Source: Octopus sinensis (Eukaryota). Taken from it: a stretch of DNA of 64,000 nucleotides. The stretch spans positions 150,164,001 through 150,228,000 of the forward strand of contig NC_042997.1 of assembly GCF_006345805.1 (NCBI RefSeq), written 5' to 3'. Shown here piece by piece: positions 39,633 through 55,306 of the stretch. Under the pieces are notes generated by a model. It ran no database searches, was not told the DNA's origin, and saw only the letters and a list, made by a program, of their open reading frames with translations. A program made the position numbers and the translations under genes. Position 1 is the first letter of the stretch. Each line of letters opens with the position of its first letter.

Positions 39633-40489
39633 GCACACATGTCTCTCTCTGTATGTGCGTGCATATTGCATTTGTGTAGGTATTTGACGAGGATATACTC
39701 AATGACTCAAAATAGTTTCTTACAGATCAATTCATTATGGTTACGCAACTCTAATCCAAACCTATAAAATATAAACATATAGCTTTATGTTTTGAGCTGT
39801 ATTACTCACGTTTGTAATTCCAGACAGGATGCGGTTGTGTGACACACACTCACACACATACGCACGCACACACACACACGCACACACCCACACATACACA
39901 CACATACTGAATGAGGAATCCACAGAAATACCTGAGCGAGTGGTGTTTAGTGGCATTGTACGTAGAAGCATTGTTATAGCAATGATATATATGTATATAT
40001 ACATATACACGGATACACACATATACAAATGCACTTTTTTATATATTATATTATATTCTCATGTATATTTATATGTATTTCACCTAGATGTTATATATAT
40101 ATATATATATCATAGCTCCCACAATGCAGCTAAGTACTACATAATAATCAACATTCTCTATATCTAACTGCTGGTTAGAAAGAGAATATGGGAAAAGATG
40201 AACCAAAGAAAATGAAAATACTAGTAGCTAGTACATACAGTATACCAGATAATGAATTTACCAGTTGTAAATCTCATTTTTCTCTGCCTCTACAAATATT
40301 TTCATGTTTTTGTATGTATGTATGTATGTATGCGTGTATGTATGTATTTACGTATGCATATATGTAAGCAATTATATATATGTGTATATATATATATGCA
40401 TACATGTTTTTATGCTTAAATATATGAAGGCATTTAAATAGGTAAATAATTTATAAATATGTGTATATACCATATAATACATATATACA

Positions 40490-40820
40490 CTGCGTGGCAC
40501 ATTGGGCAAGTGTCTTCTACTATAGCTTCAGGTCGACCAAAGCCTTGTGAGTGAATTTGGTTGACGGAAACTGAAAGAAGGCCATCGTATATATGTATAT
40601 ATATGTGTGTGTCTGCATATGTTTGTCCCTCCCAACATCGCTTGGCAACCGATGCTGGTGTGTTTACGTCGCCGTAACTTAGCGGTTCGGCGAAAGAGGC
40701 CGATATAATAAGTACTAGGCTTATAAGGAATAATTCCTGGGGTCAATTTGCTCGACTAAAGGCGGTGCTCCAGCATGGCCACAGTCAAATGACTGAAACA
40801 AAAGAGTAGAGTAGAGTAGA
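40490..40820 (+). mobile_element. SINE family B, 5'-truncated
   Basis: Colinear with 43330-43710. Internal TA/TG microsatellite and an (AGAGT)n tail. Confidence 0.85.
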
Positions 40821-41113
40821 CGTTTGTCTATATGTGTATCATAAATAAGTACCCGTTGGTGTATAATTCTATATAAATATGAAGATACACACACACACAC
40901 ACATATATATGTGTACATCCACGCGCTGTCAATTTTAAGTTTAAATACTGCATAACTTGGAGCATTCAGCGTGGTTCATATTTACCGTTTTCATCTCACA
41001 TTATTTGTCGATCTGTGACTGTTTGCAAAAAAGTAGATCTGTTTGTCGTAGTCGATGATCCTGTACTTTATATTCTACCCGAAACAACGATTTTCTTTTC
41101 CACTTCTTGCATA

Positions 41114-41273
41114 GATCCTTTCTGAAGCAAGTTCAAAATTATTTTGAGAGGGTCTTCGAAACTGTGTCCAATTTACAGCCAATATCTTCCTGCGAAATTG
41201 TTCTCGGCAATTACTGCTTTTCCTTTCATCAAAAATAACTATGGAGAAAGTGACAATCATGGCATTACTCAAA
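41114..41273 (+). other. Candidate exon with a possible start codon (unverified)
   Basis: Acceptor 'ttttccacttcttgcatag', 'aactATGg' at 41241 giving MEKVTIMALLK, then donor 'gtaagc'. Confidence 0.2.
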
Positions 41274-41305
41274 GTAAGCCTGTGCTAGCGAGAAATGACT
41301 ACACA

Positions 41306-41352
<47 letters not shown>

Positions 41353-42329
41353 ATACACACATTTATATATATGTAATGCGTTTTTTTCTTTCTGTCATAT
41401 TTACGCAGTGGACTAATATGGAATATTTCAAACTTTAACCCATTATTAACTAGTTATTGCGCGTTTCGTAATTGTATGCTTGTGTCAGAAGAGTAATACT
41501 GTGTTACATTCAACACTTCTGAGTCTAAATCCGATATAATTTACATAAATGTATTATTTGCTTCTCATAACTTCTCTCTCTTTCTCTCTTCCTCTTTTTC
41601 TGTCTTTCTTTCTCCCTATTTCTCCCTCTCCCTCTCTCTGTGCTCGTAAAGCTTGTAATCACTTCAGAACCGCATACGCCCGTTGAAAGCCAAATGTCCT
41701 CAGAGGCAAATAAATAATCCATCTTATTAATAAACCTTCGAATAATGTCGTTGCGTAAGACTTATGATTATATATATATATATATATATATATAATCTTT
41801 TGATATGTATGTCTAACATACATAATTCTCTTACACCACGACAATTCTGTTTCGCTTCTAAATAATATAGATTCCAAAGCTTCTAGTTCGTTATTTTCTT
41901 ATGCATTCTTTTCTAAAATTTCCACCAAGAAACCCGCAAAGTTGGTAGAGCAAGACACTACTTACAGCATGCTAGCAGACAAAATCATTAACCTTATAAG
42001 CGAACATATAAATAAGCTATGCCGCAGCCATGATTTCTTCTCATAAATATGTCCCTTGGGAGATTAGACATCAAGGTTTACTCTCCTTTCTGGACATAAT
42101 GAATAATATTTTAATACGGGAAGGCAACCTATATATTGTGTATTGCGCTTCTATTAATTTCATATTGAAAGTTACTTTCTAGAGAGATTGATATAGATCC
42201 GCATGTATGCACACACACACAGCATATCTATTGATACATATACATACTTGCATACATTCATGCATACTTATATGATACTTACATCCATCTGTCCATACTT
42301 CCACGCTTGCATAAACATGCACATTATGT

Positions 42330-42466
42330 ATGTGTGCGTGTGTGTGTATGTGTGAGTGCAGATATATAAATACGCATGCTCTTACATACATATATGCATA
42401 TATCGATGCTCATATATACGCGCCCATATATACATATACATATATATATATATATATACATGTTTG

Positions 42467-42497
<31 letters not shown>

Positions 42498-42746
42498 GTA
42501 TATGTATATGTGTATGTATATATATGTGTATGTATATATATATATATGTATAAATATATATGTATATATATGCATATATGCATACATATATATATATATA
42601 TACATATATGTCTATATGTATATATATATATATTTATATATGGGCGTGTGTTTGTATGCGTCTTTATATGCATATGCACACATACACACATATACATAAA
42701 CACCTCCCTTTTTATCTCTCTCCGTCTCTCTCTCTCTCTCTCTCTT

Positions 42747-42791
<45 letters not shown>

Positions 42792-42830
42792 TTGTGTGTA
42801 TGTATATACCTGTTTGTGTGTGTCTGAGTG
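42330..42830. repeat. Compound TA/TG/CT microsatellite field
   Basis: Directly visible. Confidence 0.95.
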
Positions 42831-43282
42831 TACTTGTAATGTACACGTACATACACTTTAGATTTTTATTTTTTCATATTTCGAACAAGATGACACGAAT
42901 GTGAGTTGCTAGTTGCTATCAATGACTGAGATAGTCTGATGGGACTAAGAACATGTCGTGTCAAACAGCAATGAATATTATGATAGATGAATTGATGGCC
43001 ATGTTTGCAAAGATCGTAGAAATCGTGTTGTACCAATACTTGTACATAGAAATCATCACTGTTCTAATAAATCTTTGCTCGTGTGTTGAGGATTATCTTG
43101 ACGATGATGATGAGCGTCAAGATGGCGGTGATATTTATGCTGAAAATGATTATTTTGAAAATTTTGTTAGTAGTTTTCGTAGTGGTTGTGGTAAAGATGA
43201 TAGTGATTTAGTGATAGTTTTGTGGATGGTGATGTTGATCTTGCTCGTCCTGTAGTTTGTGATTGTGGTGATATTGATGGCT

Positions 43283-43428
43283 AGTGGTAAGTAGCTTGCT
43301 TACGAACTACATGGTTCTGGCTTCAGTGCCACTGCGTGGCACCTTGGTCAATTGACTTTTACTATAGCCTCGGGCAGACCAAAGACTTGTGAGTGGATTT
43401 GGTAGACTGAAACTGAAAGAATCGCGTC

Positions 43429-43497
<69 letters not shown>

Positions 43498-43710
43498 GTG
43501 TGTGTATATGTTTGTGTGTCTGTGTTTGTCCCCCTAACATCGCTTGACAACCGATGATAGTCTGTTTACGTTCCCGTAACTAGCGGTTCAGCAAAAGAGA
43601 CCGATAAAAGAATAAGTCCTGGGGTCGATTTGCTCGACTAAAGGCGGTGCTCCAGCATGGCCACAGTCAAATGACTGAAGCAAGCACAAGAGTAAAAGAG
43701 TAAAAGAGTA
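43283..43710 (+). mobile_element. Near full-length tRNA-derived SINE family B
   Basis: Head 'agtggtaagtagcttgcttacgaactacatggttctggcttcagtgccactgcg', body 'gtgagtggatttggtagac', internal (TA)n, 3' 'ggcggtgctccagcatggccacagtc' and a 'taaaagag' tail. Confidence 0.85.
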
Positions 43711-44645
43711 TATGGTAGAGTTGTCGTTGATCATGATTGTTATGATGATACTGATATCGATTACATTCGAAATGTTGTTCATGATGTTAGTGCTGCTGCC
43801 GATGTTCGTCGTCGCGGTTGTGATAATGATAATGGTGATGTTGATAACGTTCATACTTGTGATTGTGATTGTAATGATGCTGAAGATTTTCATGACTTTG
43901 ATGATGATACTGGTTGTGATGTTGGAGGTGTTATCAGCGTGGCTTGTGAAGATGTCATTGTCGGTTACGTCGATGTTAATTATGGTGCTGATAGTGATGA
44001 TGCCGGTGACAGTGGTAATTGAGATGGCACGGATGATATTGATGGTTATATTTATTACGATGTTGATAATTATTATGGCGATGCGAAAATTTGTTTCCCA
44101 AAATTGAAGAGGACGGTGCTAAGTGGTGTTATAAATGAAACGTATGATGGGGATGTTGGTGGTGATATTTTTGGATTATGTCGATGATGAACGTGATTAA
44201 TGATTGTTGTGACTAAGATGATATTGATTATAGTCACTGTTGTTGGAGGTGGTGATGTTGGTGGTGGTGCCGCGGCTGTTGTTAGCTCCATGACAGCCAT
44301 AGTGTATCAGACTTATGATCAAACACACTCTAACAAATACCATTCTTTCACTCGGCATGCTATCAAATAGCAGCCACATATCTGCTCCACCCTCAAACAC
44401 ACCCTACAAAATCTTTTAGAGGAAGGCTACATTGAATAACGTAGACCTTGATACGACAATGATATTGCTGCTGATGTTGGTGGTTGCTCTGTTGGTTGTG
44501 GTAGCAGAGGGAATTGTAATTTTGTTCCTTGTCAAGTGTATATTAAGAGAATGTTGTAGTTCATATCAGTATGAAGTCAGTTTTACTCTTTACTTAGATT
44601 ATATGTTATTTCCTTCAATAATAGTTAAATATGACACAGACACAA

Positions 44646-44683
<38 letters not shown>

Positions 44684-44684
44684 A

Positions 44685-44772
<88 letters not shown>

Positions 44773-44778
44773 CTCTCC

Positions 44779-44815
<37 letters not shown>

Positions 44816-46799
44816 ATATATATATATATATATAAAATCATAAGAAAGTGAAAAAATGCGCACGCGCGAATTCAGATATACAAATATATTTGTATGTGCA
44901 TGTGCCTGAGTGTTATTGCAATTTAAATCATCAAACATTAATGTGATTGTCAGGTTTGCTATTGGCTGCGTAATAAATGTTATAATAACTAGGCTTTCGT
45001 AGACGTTTGATATGTCAGGTCTTTGCTTATATGTACCTGATATCTTCAGTACAAAACTGCAACGACTGATGTACCTGCAATTTGAAATACTGGATATATT
45101 ACTATTTAATGCACAACCAATAATGAAACAGACAGCCATCTCAATAGTTTTAACATTTGGATTCTAGAAACATACTCTGATGCACACCAATCACTCAGAC
45201 AATCACAAATTTTATACATACACTATATTCGCACATGTATGCTCGTATATCATCCGCTTACACATCAGCCACATGCACATACCCAACCGTTACATCTAAC
45301 TTTCCAAACTTCTGTCCGATTTGTCTTCACTGACATTTCTAAATTAAATATAGCTATATTGTTGATGCTATTGCGGTGGCGGAGCCATCAGCCTAAAAGC
45401 AAATTTGCTCTCAGAGGCACTGACCAACTCATCAACGATGGCTAAGAGCAAAAGTGGTCTATAGCATACATTTAATTCGATGAATGCGTTGAGGATGAAT
45501 ATTTTTCCTCAAATTCGAGTTTGGAGAAAGCTCATCGTGCCACATTCTGTTTAAACAATCCTTTGTTGTTCAAAGAATGTGGGACACGAAAGATTGTCTC
45601 CGAGAGGGTAGTATCATCTCCCATTGTGTTAAATGGCAGGAAATCAAATTTAGCCTTCGGGATGAATTGATTGTTCAGCGACACTGAATCGATTATTTTG
45701 CTGGTAAATAATTGCAACCTCGAGAGACCAAATTTGTATATATATATATATATATATATACACGCACACATACATATCATTCCAGCCTAGCTTTGTCTAT
45801 AATAGCGAACGTGAACTAAACAACGCATACACACGCGTATACTTTCTTTAATACATGTTTGTAATATATTTTCTTCTTTTTACCAGCGCTACCACGTCGG
45901 GTGATGCATAATTTATTTGTTACATTACTTACTCGGCAAGATCATAATATACAAAATAGTGTTGGCATATGAAGTGCTAACATGAACATGATAATATTAC
46001 ATTCCATATCAAAGATTAGCCGAACGGATCCCATTTCACACTGAGTCAGAGAAGATTTAGCAAGAAATCCGAGCGTCGTCTAAATAACAGGAGCTTAAAA
46101 CATCAACAAAACTCATTTCAACAAATCAAAGCTATACAAATTTAGCTGTTTATTCTATTTTTACAATAGGTTTTCAGTTTAACAGCTTTCTCTTGTTGTA
46201 TCGTATATTATACGATGGATTCTCAATTACCATGTAGCATTGTTACCTTCAGATTCAATAAATCCATGTTTCTTTAATATTCTTCTTTTGTACATATCCA
46301 GCATTACACACAGATTTCGTGCAATATTTTCTAGTAAATCCATCACTCTTCTATAATTGATCACATGATTGCGTGTCCCAAAGGATTTTTACAACCATTT
46401 TCTTTTTCTTTTTGACAGCTTAAATTCGAGTGAAAGAAATCTTATTGTATGTACATTTTTTGTTACGTTTAGTGATTTTTTTTCTGTATGTTCAATCAAA
46501 TAGACTATGTCACTTAAAATGAAGCGATTATTATGGCTGTTGATATTTCTTCTTACAAGCACATATTGATGATATGGCTCTGTCAGCATTTCTATTATAG
46601 AAGTGCGCAATCACTAGCCTTCTAGCCTTTTATTACAATTCATTTTAACGGCTTTGATGAAGTAATAACGAACCGTGTAAAAATCTGTCACACACATCCA
46701 GCACGTGCGCTTAAACGTGCACATATGAATATATATATTACACATGGGCATATTTGATAAATGGGAATTCTCCCTGTGCAAGATATAAAACTATTAATG

Positions 46800-47003
46800 A
46801 AAACATATATATATATGCGTGTGTATGTATATATGTTTATATATGTATATATATGTATATATGTATATATATGTATATATGTATATATATGTATATATGT
46901 ATATATATATGTATATGTATATATGTATATATATATGTATAAATGTACATATGCGTATATATGTATATATATATACGTATATATATATATATATATATGT
47001 AAC

Positions 47004-47048
<45 letters not shown>

Positions 47049-47139
47049 ATATATATATATATATATATATAATGTATATATATATATGTATATATGTATA
47101 TATATATATATGTATATATGTATATATATATATTGTATA

Positions 47140-47177
<38 letters not shown>

Positions 47178-47271
47178 TATATATATATATATATATGTAT
47201 GCACATGTATATACACGTATATATTTATATATGGACATTATATATATATATATAATATATATATATATACT

Positions 47272-47332
<61 letters not shown>

Positions 47333-47345
47333 TATATATAATTTT
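46800..47345. repeat. Long interrupted (TA)n tract
   Basis: Directly visible. Confidence 0.95.
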
Positions 47346-50288
47346 TGTGTTCGTGTATGTGTGTGTATGCTCATATTCAAATATTTAAATATGTAAGTAG
47401 ATAGACCTGTATATCCTTATACATTTACTGTATTTTAGTTTCTTTCTCTTTTCCAACCATAAATGCTCGCTAAAGCAGCAATACAGACATAGCCATACCA
47501 ACTTCCGTCCATTCTCAATAACCGTCGATCTGTATTAATCAATGTTCTATTCTAATTCAAAAATATTAGGGTGGACTTTGAGACATATTGGCTGTTATTT
47601 ATAACAGGTCTTGTTCGAATGTATGCGTGTACGCATAAACATGTATGCATGTTAGCTTAAACATCGTCTGTGAAAGAAAACATTTGTCTTAAATTATTAT
47701 AATCATGGAATAATACAAACTTTTTAACCGCCTGTTTAACCATCAAGTCATTATAACGTTGATTTACTGCTATGATATCAGTTTCGTTGTCGCTGATGAT
47801 ACTGGATACATTTAGATGAAATTACGTGTACTTATCTTACAAACTACATGAAGTCAGAAGTCTCCAGCTATCAACATTTCCTCTTATGTTTTACGTAATG
47901 TGATTGTATTTGGCATATCGTAATTGCTAATGAACTGAAAGGTTGAAATTATTGTTTTCGAAATTTACTCTTTGTCCATCCAATTACGGTTAGCAATACA
48001 ACTAGCATTCATTCTTTTACTGACCTTATTGTTAGTGTCGGTCCTTTCTTTGATTTCTTCTTGCATTTCGCGTTCGTTTTCAAACTTATATTCTTCGTTT
48101 TCTTCTCATTCGTCATATTTCTTCCTTTCTTCCTCCTTCCCTCGTAAGATAGTATCAATATTTGAACTTACTCTCGATGTTTGTTTATATATCGGTAGAT
48201 AAAACGACGAGCGGAATGCATTTAGGATGTAAATTCAAATAATGTAGGGATATATACCATTTTTTAAAATTAAGTGTGTCACCAGTATAAGAATCAAACA
48301 CATTCTAACCTCAACGTAAACGGCTGTATTTTTCCCCAAAATTTTCGGTTTTGTATTTATGCCACAAATTGTTATTCATTTTATATTCTAACATCTCCAC
48401 GAGACCAAACATCTTGAACGTACATGTTGTTTAATCAATCACAGTATCTCATTACAACATATTTTCTGACCGCTGGCGGGATGAAATGCAAAATTGATGT
48501 AAAGAAGGGTTCTGTACGTGGTTTTTAGTTTAGAAATGGCAGCCGCATCTATTTTTATTTTACTCTACCCTAGAAACGAATTTTGAGCTAAAAGATGGAC
48601 ATTTTTTTTTGTTAGAAAGAATGTGATCATAGGCCTGGGGAATAAGAACAAACCCGAGGTTAAACAAGCAATACATTGAACATGCATACAAAGATCAGTG
48701 AGAAAGCCTGTGCGCTCATATAGGATTTGTTATATCATATCTCCTTAAAAATGAAAGCTTACAAAAACAACGGGCACATTTGATGACAGTCTAAGGCAAA
48801 TTATTGATGTAGGAGATGGTCGGAATTGGCTCATCTTTGATAATATGACTGAGGTAACATATCTGAGTTGGGCTGAAACAACTACAATAGCATGAAAGGC
48901 TTCGTCTGGGTCTGATACAAAATATATAAGTTAAATTCTGTTTTTCATGTCCACATTAGATTGCGTATTCTGTACATTCAATATGAATGCTGTCGTCAAA
49001 AACACCGCCAAGCATATGGTAGCTAACTTATTAATATATTCTCAGCCCATTCACTAAATATCATCAAATATATTTTCATTGGTGTCATAGAAATAACCAA
49101 TTTTTTGTCATATGACGCTATGCAATATTTGTGTCAATAAAATGTTAGCGAACAAATATCAATTTGGCAAATCAATATAATAATATGGTGAAGCTGTCCT
49201 CGACTGAAAGTTACAACAAAGCACTTTAGTTTGATTTTGCCAGAGTGAAATTGGATGACCTGAAAGAGTGCGGAAAACTGTCTCATGGACCTCATGTAGT
49301 ACAATGAACCATACTCGCCTTTCATCTAACGCTAACTCTGCATGATGATGTGAATGTTATTTCTGTCTGTGGAATACTCAGCCATATATATGCTCAAAAA
49401 AGTGTCGGTAGATCATTTTATACTCATTATTGAAACCAATGTAGTGTCTGTATCTATCATTTGCATTTACAAATAAATGCATATTTATTCATATATATAT
49501 ATATATGTTCAAATATGTATAGAAACTTATATAACTGTATGTATAAGCATACACACGCGCACTCACGCACATATGAATATGCATATGTATATAAATATGT
49601 CTATATATATGTATGCATATTTTCTACTTATTTATATATATGTGTGTATATGTGTACGTATACACGTTTATATCGAGTCTGACAAAGTGGGTATTGATGT
49701 AGGGTTTAACGTAAGTTATATCCCTCTAAACATGCTTGCATGCAAGTTTACATACATACATACATACATGCATGCATGTATGCATACATATGTGCACATC
49801 TTCTACATTTATTTGTATGAATGAACATAGAAATATATTTATGTGTATAGCTGCAAGTGAGTTTCTGTGTACGTAAGCAACTTCAAATCTGTGCATGTTG
49901 TCATAAGGAATCTGGAATACATTTAAGAATGTGTATGCGTACGAGCGTGTGTGGGTCCATGTGTCCGTCTGTCTGTGTCTGCAAGTTTGCTTTTATGCTT
50001 TTGAATTTTTGAGTTTCTCCTCCATATATCCTTATACGCGCGTTTGTGCAAATATGTATTTTAATGCATGTGTGTGTGTATGTTTTTGTGTAACATATAT
50101 TATTGTGTGTCTATACGTTCTGTGCTTGTGAGTGTGTGTATGCGGGTAGATATGAACAGTTTTTTATTCGCTTGTGAGCGTGACATATGTTATTGTGTGT
50201 CTGTGATTGCATTAAAACATTTGTGTGTATGCACACTTCTTCTTCATACATGGGTTTTAATATTTTTGTGTATGTGTATGTGTTTGTG

Positions 50289-50396
50289 TGTGTGTGAGCG
50301 CACACTTGTGTGTGAGCGCACACTTGTGTGTGAGCGCACACTTGTGTGTGAGCGCACACTTGTGTGTGAGCGCACACTTGTGTGTGAGCGCACACT
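50289..50396. repeat. 18-bp minisatellite, 6 identical copies (tgtgtgtgagcgcacact)
   Basis: Directly visible; translates as the repeated CERTLV. Confidence 0.95.
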
Positions 50397-51148
50397 TGTG
50401 TGTATGTATCATTCTGTGCTCACGTGTATAATCTGTCATATGTCAGTCTGTCTGTATTACATTGCATTTATCGTTGTCTGTGTGTATGTGTGTCTATATG
50501 AGTCTTAACAATGCAAATATATTCAATGATATTCAAATATTCCAAAACCATTTATGCATCCTTTTCTCTGAAATATCGACAAGAGATTCTCGATGGATTT
50601 CCCTTCTGATGACTCAAGTGTTCATTTTCCTCACACAATCCAATTCTTCCTCAAAACTCTAGTGAAATCCTGCATTCTTTGTTTTCTTTTTCCTTGTTTT
50701 CTTTCTTTGTACTCTTTTTTTTTATCTTGCTCTTCGTATTTTTTTTCTTTGTAAGCGTTTCTTTTACTTTTCTTTCTTCTGATTATTGATTATGATCGGC
50801 ATGTCTTGGTTTTGACACTGGTCTCTGAAGAAACTTCAGATTTCCCTGAATTACACTGCAGAAAGTTACACGAACCAAACCATGCCCCACCAGAAAATAA
50901 TAAATGAACAACAACAGAAACAACAAAAATAATAATAAATTAATATCATCTTGATTTTATTGATAAATCCGGGGATAATTTTGTAACACTATTAATTTGG
51001 TATCTTTCTTTTCCCATTTTTTATCATTTTCTGTTTGTAAATTTGATAGTTGTTATTTGCATTGTTTTATTGCATTGTTTTTATTTTATTTATATTGCAT
51101 CTCCAGGGTCCTGGATACACTCTGTTGTGGTTATCATCATCATCATCG

Positions 51149-51201
<53 letters not shown>

Positions 51202-52279
51202 CATTGTTATTATTATTATTAGTTTTGGTCGCCGTGGTGGTCGTGGTGTTTTTTGTTATGTTGTTGTGGCCGGTATTGAGAAAAAAAAGGACACAGAAAT
51301 AAATTAAAAACGAAATTTAGATTAAACATGGTGTATTTGTGATTGACACACAAAATCAAAATTATAATCCATTTGTCGTTATCAATTAATAGATTGTGTT
51401 CGTTTCAATAAGAATGTTACTTTGCTGGAGCGGTAGAACATTAGCTTAAATGCAATTTTAGAATTTACTTCCGATTCTCTTTGACACTAGGTGAAATATA
51501 GTAATTTAGCAATTAACATTCAGCATTTCATTCACATACATACCAGTAACATTCTAAGTATGAAAATTATGAATTTAGCGAAGTGGAAAATTGCCCTTTA
51601 TGCTTAATCTAATGAAACCAACAAACTTCTTTCCTTGCTGAGTGATGTGTGGCTCGTTGTTGAAGGTATACGGCTTTTCTTGTACAACTAATATTCTTGG
51701 GAAAAACATGAATCCTATGAGGCCATGTGGTTAAGCAGTTTGCTTTATAATCACACAGTTCCGTGTTCAAACCACATTGTACATCATGTCGGAAGACTAA
51801 CATCAATTTATAGAGAATTTTCAGAAGCCCCTCACATGGACTGACCTTAATGAGCAGTGGCTTTTACTTTGCTCCAGCAGTCTTTTAGTTACCCACCGAT
51901 TAATATTGTTTCTCTTGACTTTCAATTAATATTTTGATGCTATAATGCCTGTTTTTAGTAATCCTAAATACTCCCAATACTGGGGTCAAAAACGAAACTG
52001 CACGGTTGGATGTCATCTAACAAAGCTTTGAGTGCCAACGGCTTTGGTTTACTTGCAAGTAACTGTAATATATACCGACTGCTGGTTTTTTAATTGTATA
52101 TACTGTCTGTCTCTGTCTGTCTCTCTCTCTCTCCCTCTCTCTCTCTCTCTCTCATGCACACACATACATTTATACTGAAAAGAGGCATTATTTAAGCTCA
52201 AAAGAAAACATTTTGTTTTTTCTCAAATGTGTGTCAAAGTCCAAAGGTACTAAATTGATGATAGTCATTGTTTGTTACT

Positions 52280-53070
52280 TTGGCACAAGGCCAAGATAGT
52301 GTTTTAAATCGACCGCAGTGACTGACATGTACTTTATTTTATCGACAATGAAGGATGAAAGCCAAAGTTTGCATAGAATGCAAAGAGCAGTAGTAAATAT
52401 CGCAAACTATTTTGGTCGACAATCTAACTATTCTGGCAATGGAAATCTCTACGCATAATAATTCGTTCTGCTATAGACAAATATCCTGAAATTTTGTGTG
52501 ATGAAATTCACAATTTCAGTCACCCTCAGTACATAAATCATACTATACTTTCTGGTTCCTTCACCAACTAAACATGAAAATGAACTCGTTGAACTTACAG
52601 ACACACAGCGTGTACTACGTCTCCTTATATTTTGAATTCAAATGCTGCTGAGGTCAATTGTGTGTCTCATACTCATGGTTTGATAGAATAATGTTCGGCT
52701 CAAGTAATGGCATCAGATAAAAGCCTACAAACACTTGGAGGTGAAAGCGTTAGTTGTATGAATTAACCTCAATACTGGAGTGGTAATAGAGTTTCTTGAA
52801 ATCTGAAGGATGAAAAGTAATCTCAGCAGGATTTCGTACTTAGAACGCAAGTCATCGTAACTAAATAGCGTAAGGCACTTTTGTGTCACTGCTTATGAAC
52901 TTCATAGCGGGAGGGAATGGTCGGTTAGATCGATAGAGTATATAACTTAGTTCTTTATTTTAATCGGCATGGAAGGATCAAATACTAACTTGACCCAAGA
53001 GTGTTAGAAACTCAAAAAGCATAAAAGACCCAATGAAATATAGGAAAGGAGTTTGTCCCACATTCTGCCA
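52280..53070. mobile_element. Cluster of degenerate family A SINE relics, mostly minus strand
   Basis: Repeated 'tactttattttatcgac..gaaggatgaaag..aaagt' variants near 52330, 52800 and 52950, and a plus-strand relic near 52630. Confidence 0.55.
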
Positions 53071-53639
53071 CATATGTCACCACCCTTATTCATATTAATA
53101 ACGATAATAATGAACGCGCGCGCACATACACACACACACACGCACACACACAAATGTATACATCCACACATTTAAGTTTATACGTACGGGCGTTTTGTAT
53201 GATATAGTCATGCAAATATAGATAACTGATGTGATTTAATCGGATCTATACGGTTATCTATATTTTCGATGTATTATTACCGTTTATATTTTACAATTTT
53301 TCTCCAATCGTGTTTTTGTTCTTGGTTTTTTTTTTTATTGGTAAAACGGTTTTAGTATCAAATTTAACAATGAACGTATAGATTTCTTCGAATCAGAGAA
53401 CGATCGCCTCTAGAGATTTGAAACTATAGTTCTTTGTATACTGAACACGCTATTTTCTCATTCTCCCAGGACTCATAAAAAACACATTCACATAAAGGCA
53501 AATCTATTTCAAAAGAGCACTTATTCTTTTCCCACACGTAATTATTCCAGCAGAACTTGCATACATGGCAATACTACTTAGAGGGTTTCATATATACACA
53601 TATATACGCATAAAAATACAGTCTCGCATAACATTCTGT

Positions 53640-53655
53640 AACATATATATATTAT

Positions 53656-53690
<35 letters not shown>

Positions 53691-54005
53691 GCATATATCT
53701 ATATATATATATGCATATATCTATATAAATATATGCATATATATATGCATATATCTATATATATATATGCATATATATATGCATATATCTATATATATAT
53801 ATATATGCATATATATATGCATATATCTATATATATATATGCATATATATATGCATATATCTATATATATATATGCATATATATATGCATATATCTATAT
53901 ATATAATATATTATGCATATATATATTATATATATATATATATATAGCATATATATATATATATATATATGCATATATATATATATAATATATATATATA
54001 TATGC

Positions 54006-54037
<32 letters not shown>

Positions 54038-54184
54038 GCATATATATATATATATAATATATATATATATATAATATATAGATATATATATATATATGCA
54101 TATATATATGCATATATATATATGCATATATCTATATATATATATTATATATATATATATATATATTGTATATTATATATATAT

Positions 54185-54233
<49 letters not shown>

Positions 54234-54270
54234 CTATATATATATGCATATATATATATGTATATATATG

Positions 54271-54322
<52 letters not shown>
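53640..54322. repeat. ~680-bp (TA)n array with periodic GC/CT interruptions
   Basis: Higher-order units such as 'gcatatatctatatatatat' and 'gcatatatatat'. Confidence 0.95.
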
Positions 54323-54324
<2 letters not shown>

Positions 54325-54445
54325 CGCATATTTGCATACGTAGTTGAATATATACATATTATCCAAAAATAATTGTATTTTTATTCATTTGCTGAGAGCC
54401 CAAACTGAACGAACGGAAATATCTGTTCTACTAAAAGTAAAATGT

Positions 54446-54486
<41 letters not shown>

Positions 54487-55059
54487 CGCGGGCGGGCTTT
54501 TCTGTGAGTGTATGTGTAACTATATCAGTATTCAGTTATGTTTGTAGTCGGTTGAAAGCGTTTATGTAACAGAGTTCTCACATTATGTTGATAAATCTTG
54601 TTTACCATTTCTAAAGTTCAGCATGATGCGTTATGCGACGACTTATTACAGTTCACTGAATGACAAATAATATAATGAATACGGCCGACGGACCATACCG
54701 CAGGGTATCGTTTGCATATTCAATACACATACGGTAAGATCTTCTAATGAAAAATACTGATCAGTTGAGATTATTCTAAAATTAGTAGCTAATGACGTCC
54801 CTTCTCCATATATCGGACTTCAAACGACTTTTTTATACTTTTGGTAGATTTGTAGATGTTCTTATTGTTTTGAGTAATTTTTTTTGTAACTTCGTAAATA
54901 TTTTGACGAAAATCTTTAAATCCAGACCATTGCAGTTCATAACACATTTTATCTTCTAAATCCAGTATGACATTCTATTTCTAAAGGCGACAAATCATAT
55001 GTTTGTTGTTTAAACACCTGACTTCGTCTTCTGTTTTTCTGCAAATTTCAACTATATAT

Positions 55060-55214
55060 ATTCTTTTCTCCTTTCTTTCTGTGTTACTTTCTGTGGAAGA
55101 GCGTAGGCCCGAAATATTATGGACTTTTTCACTACCCGAGCGTTGTACTAATACATGCTTGTTGTCTACACCACCTGTCTTCGTCTTTTGTTTTTTCTGA
55201 ATTTTTCACCCCCT
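55060..55214 (+). mobile_element. Short copy of the CTGTGGA-hammerhead repeat family
   Basis: 'ctttctgtggaagagcgtaggcccgaaatatt...cccgagcgtt...gtcttcgtctttt' is homologous to 62540-62670 and ends at (TA)n. Confidence 0.7.
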
Positions 55215-55225
55215 ATATATATATG

Positions 55226-55259
<34 letters not shown>

Positions 55260-55275
55260 ATATATTGTGTGTGTG

Positions 55276-55306
<31 letters not shown>

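Noticed and set aside
43712-44300. Hydrophobic membrane-like ORFs
   Set aside because: They derive from degenerate (GAT/GGT)n low-complexity sequence.
50289-50396. CRISPR-like array
   Set aside because: The repeats are directly adjacent with no spacers, and the context is eukaryotic.
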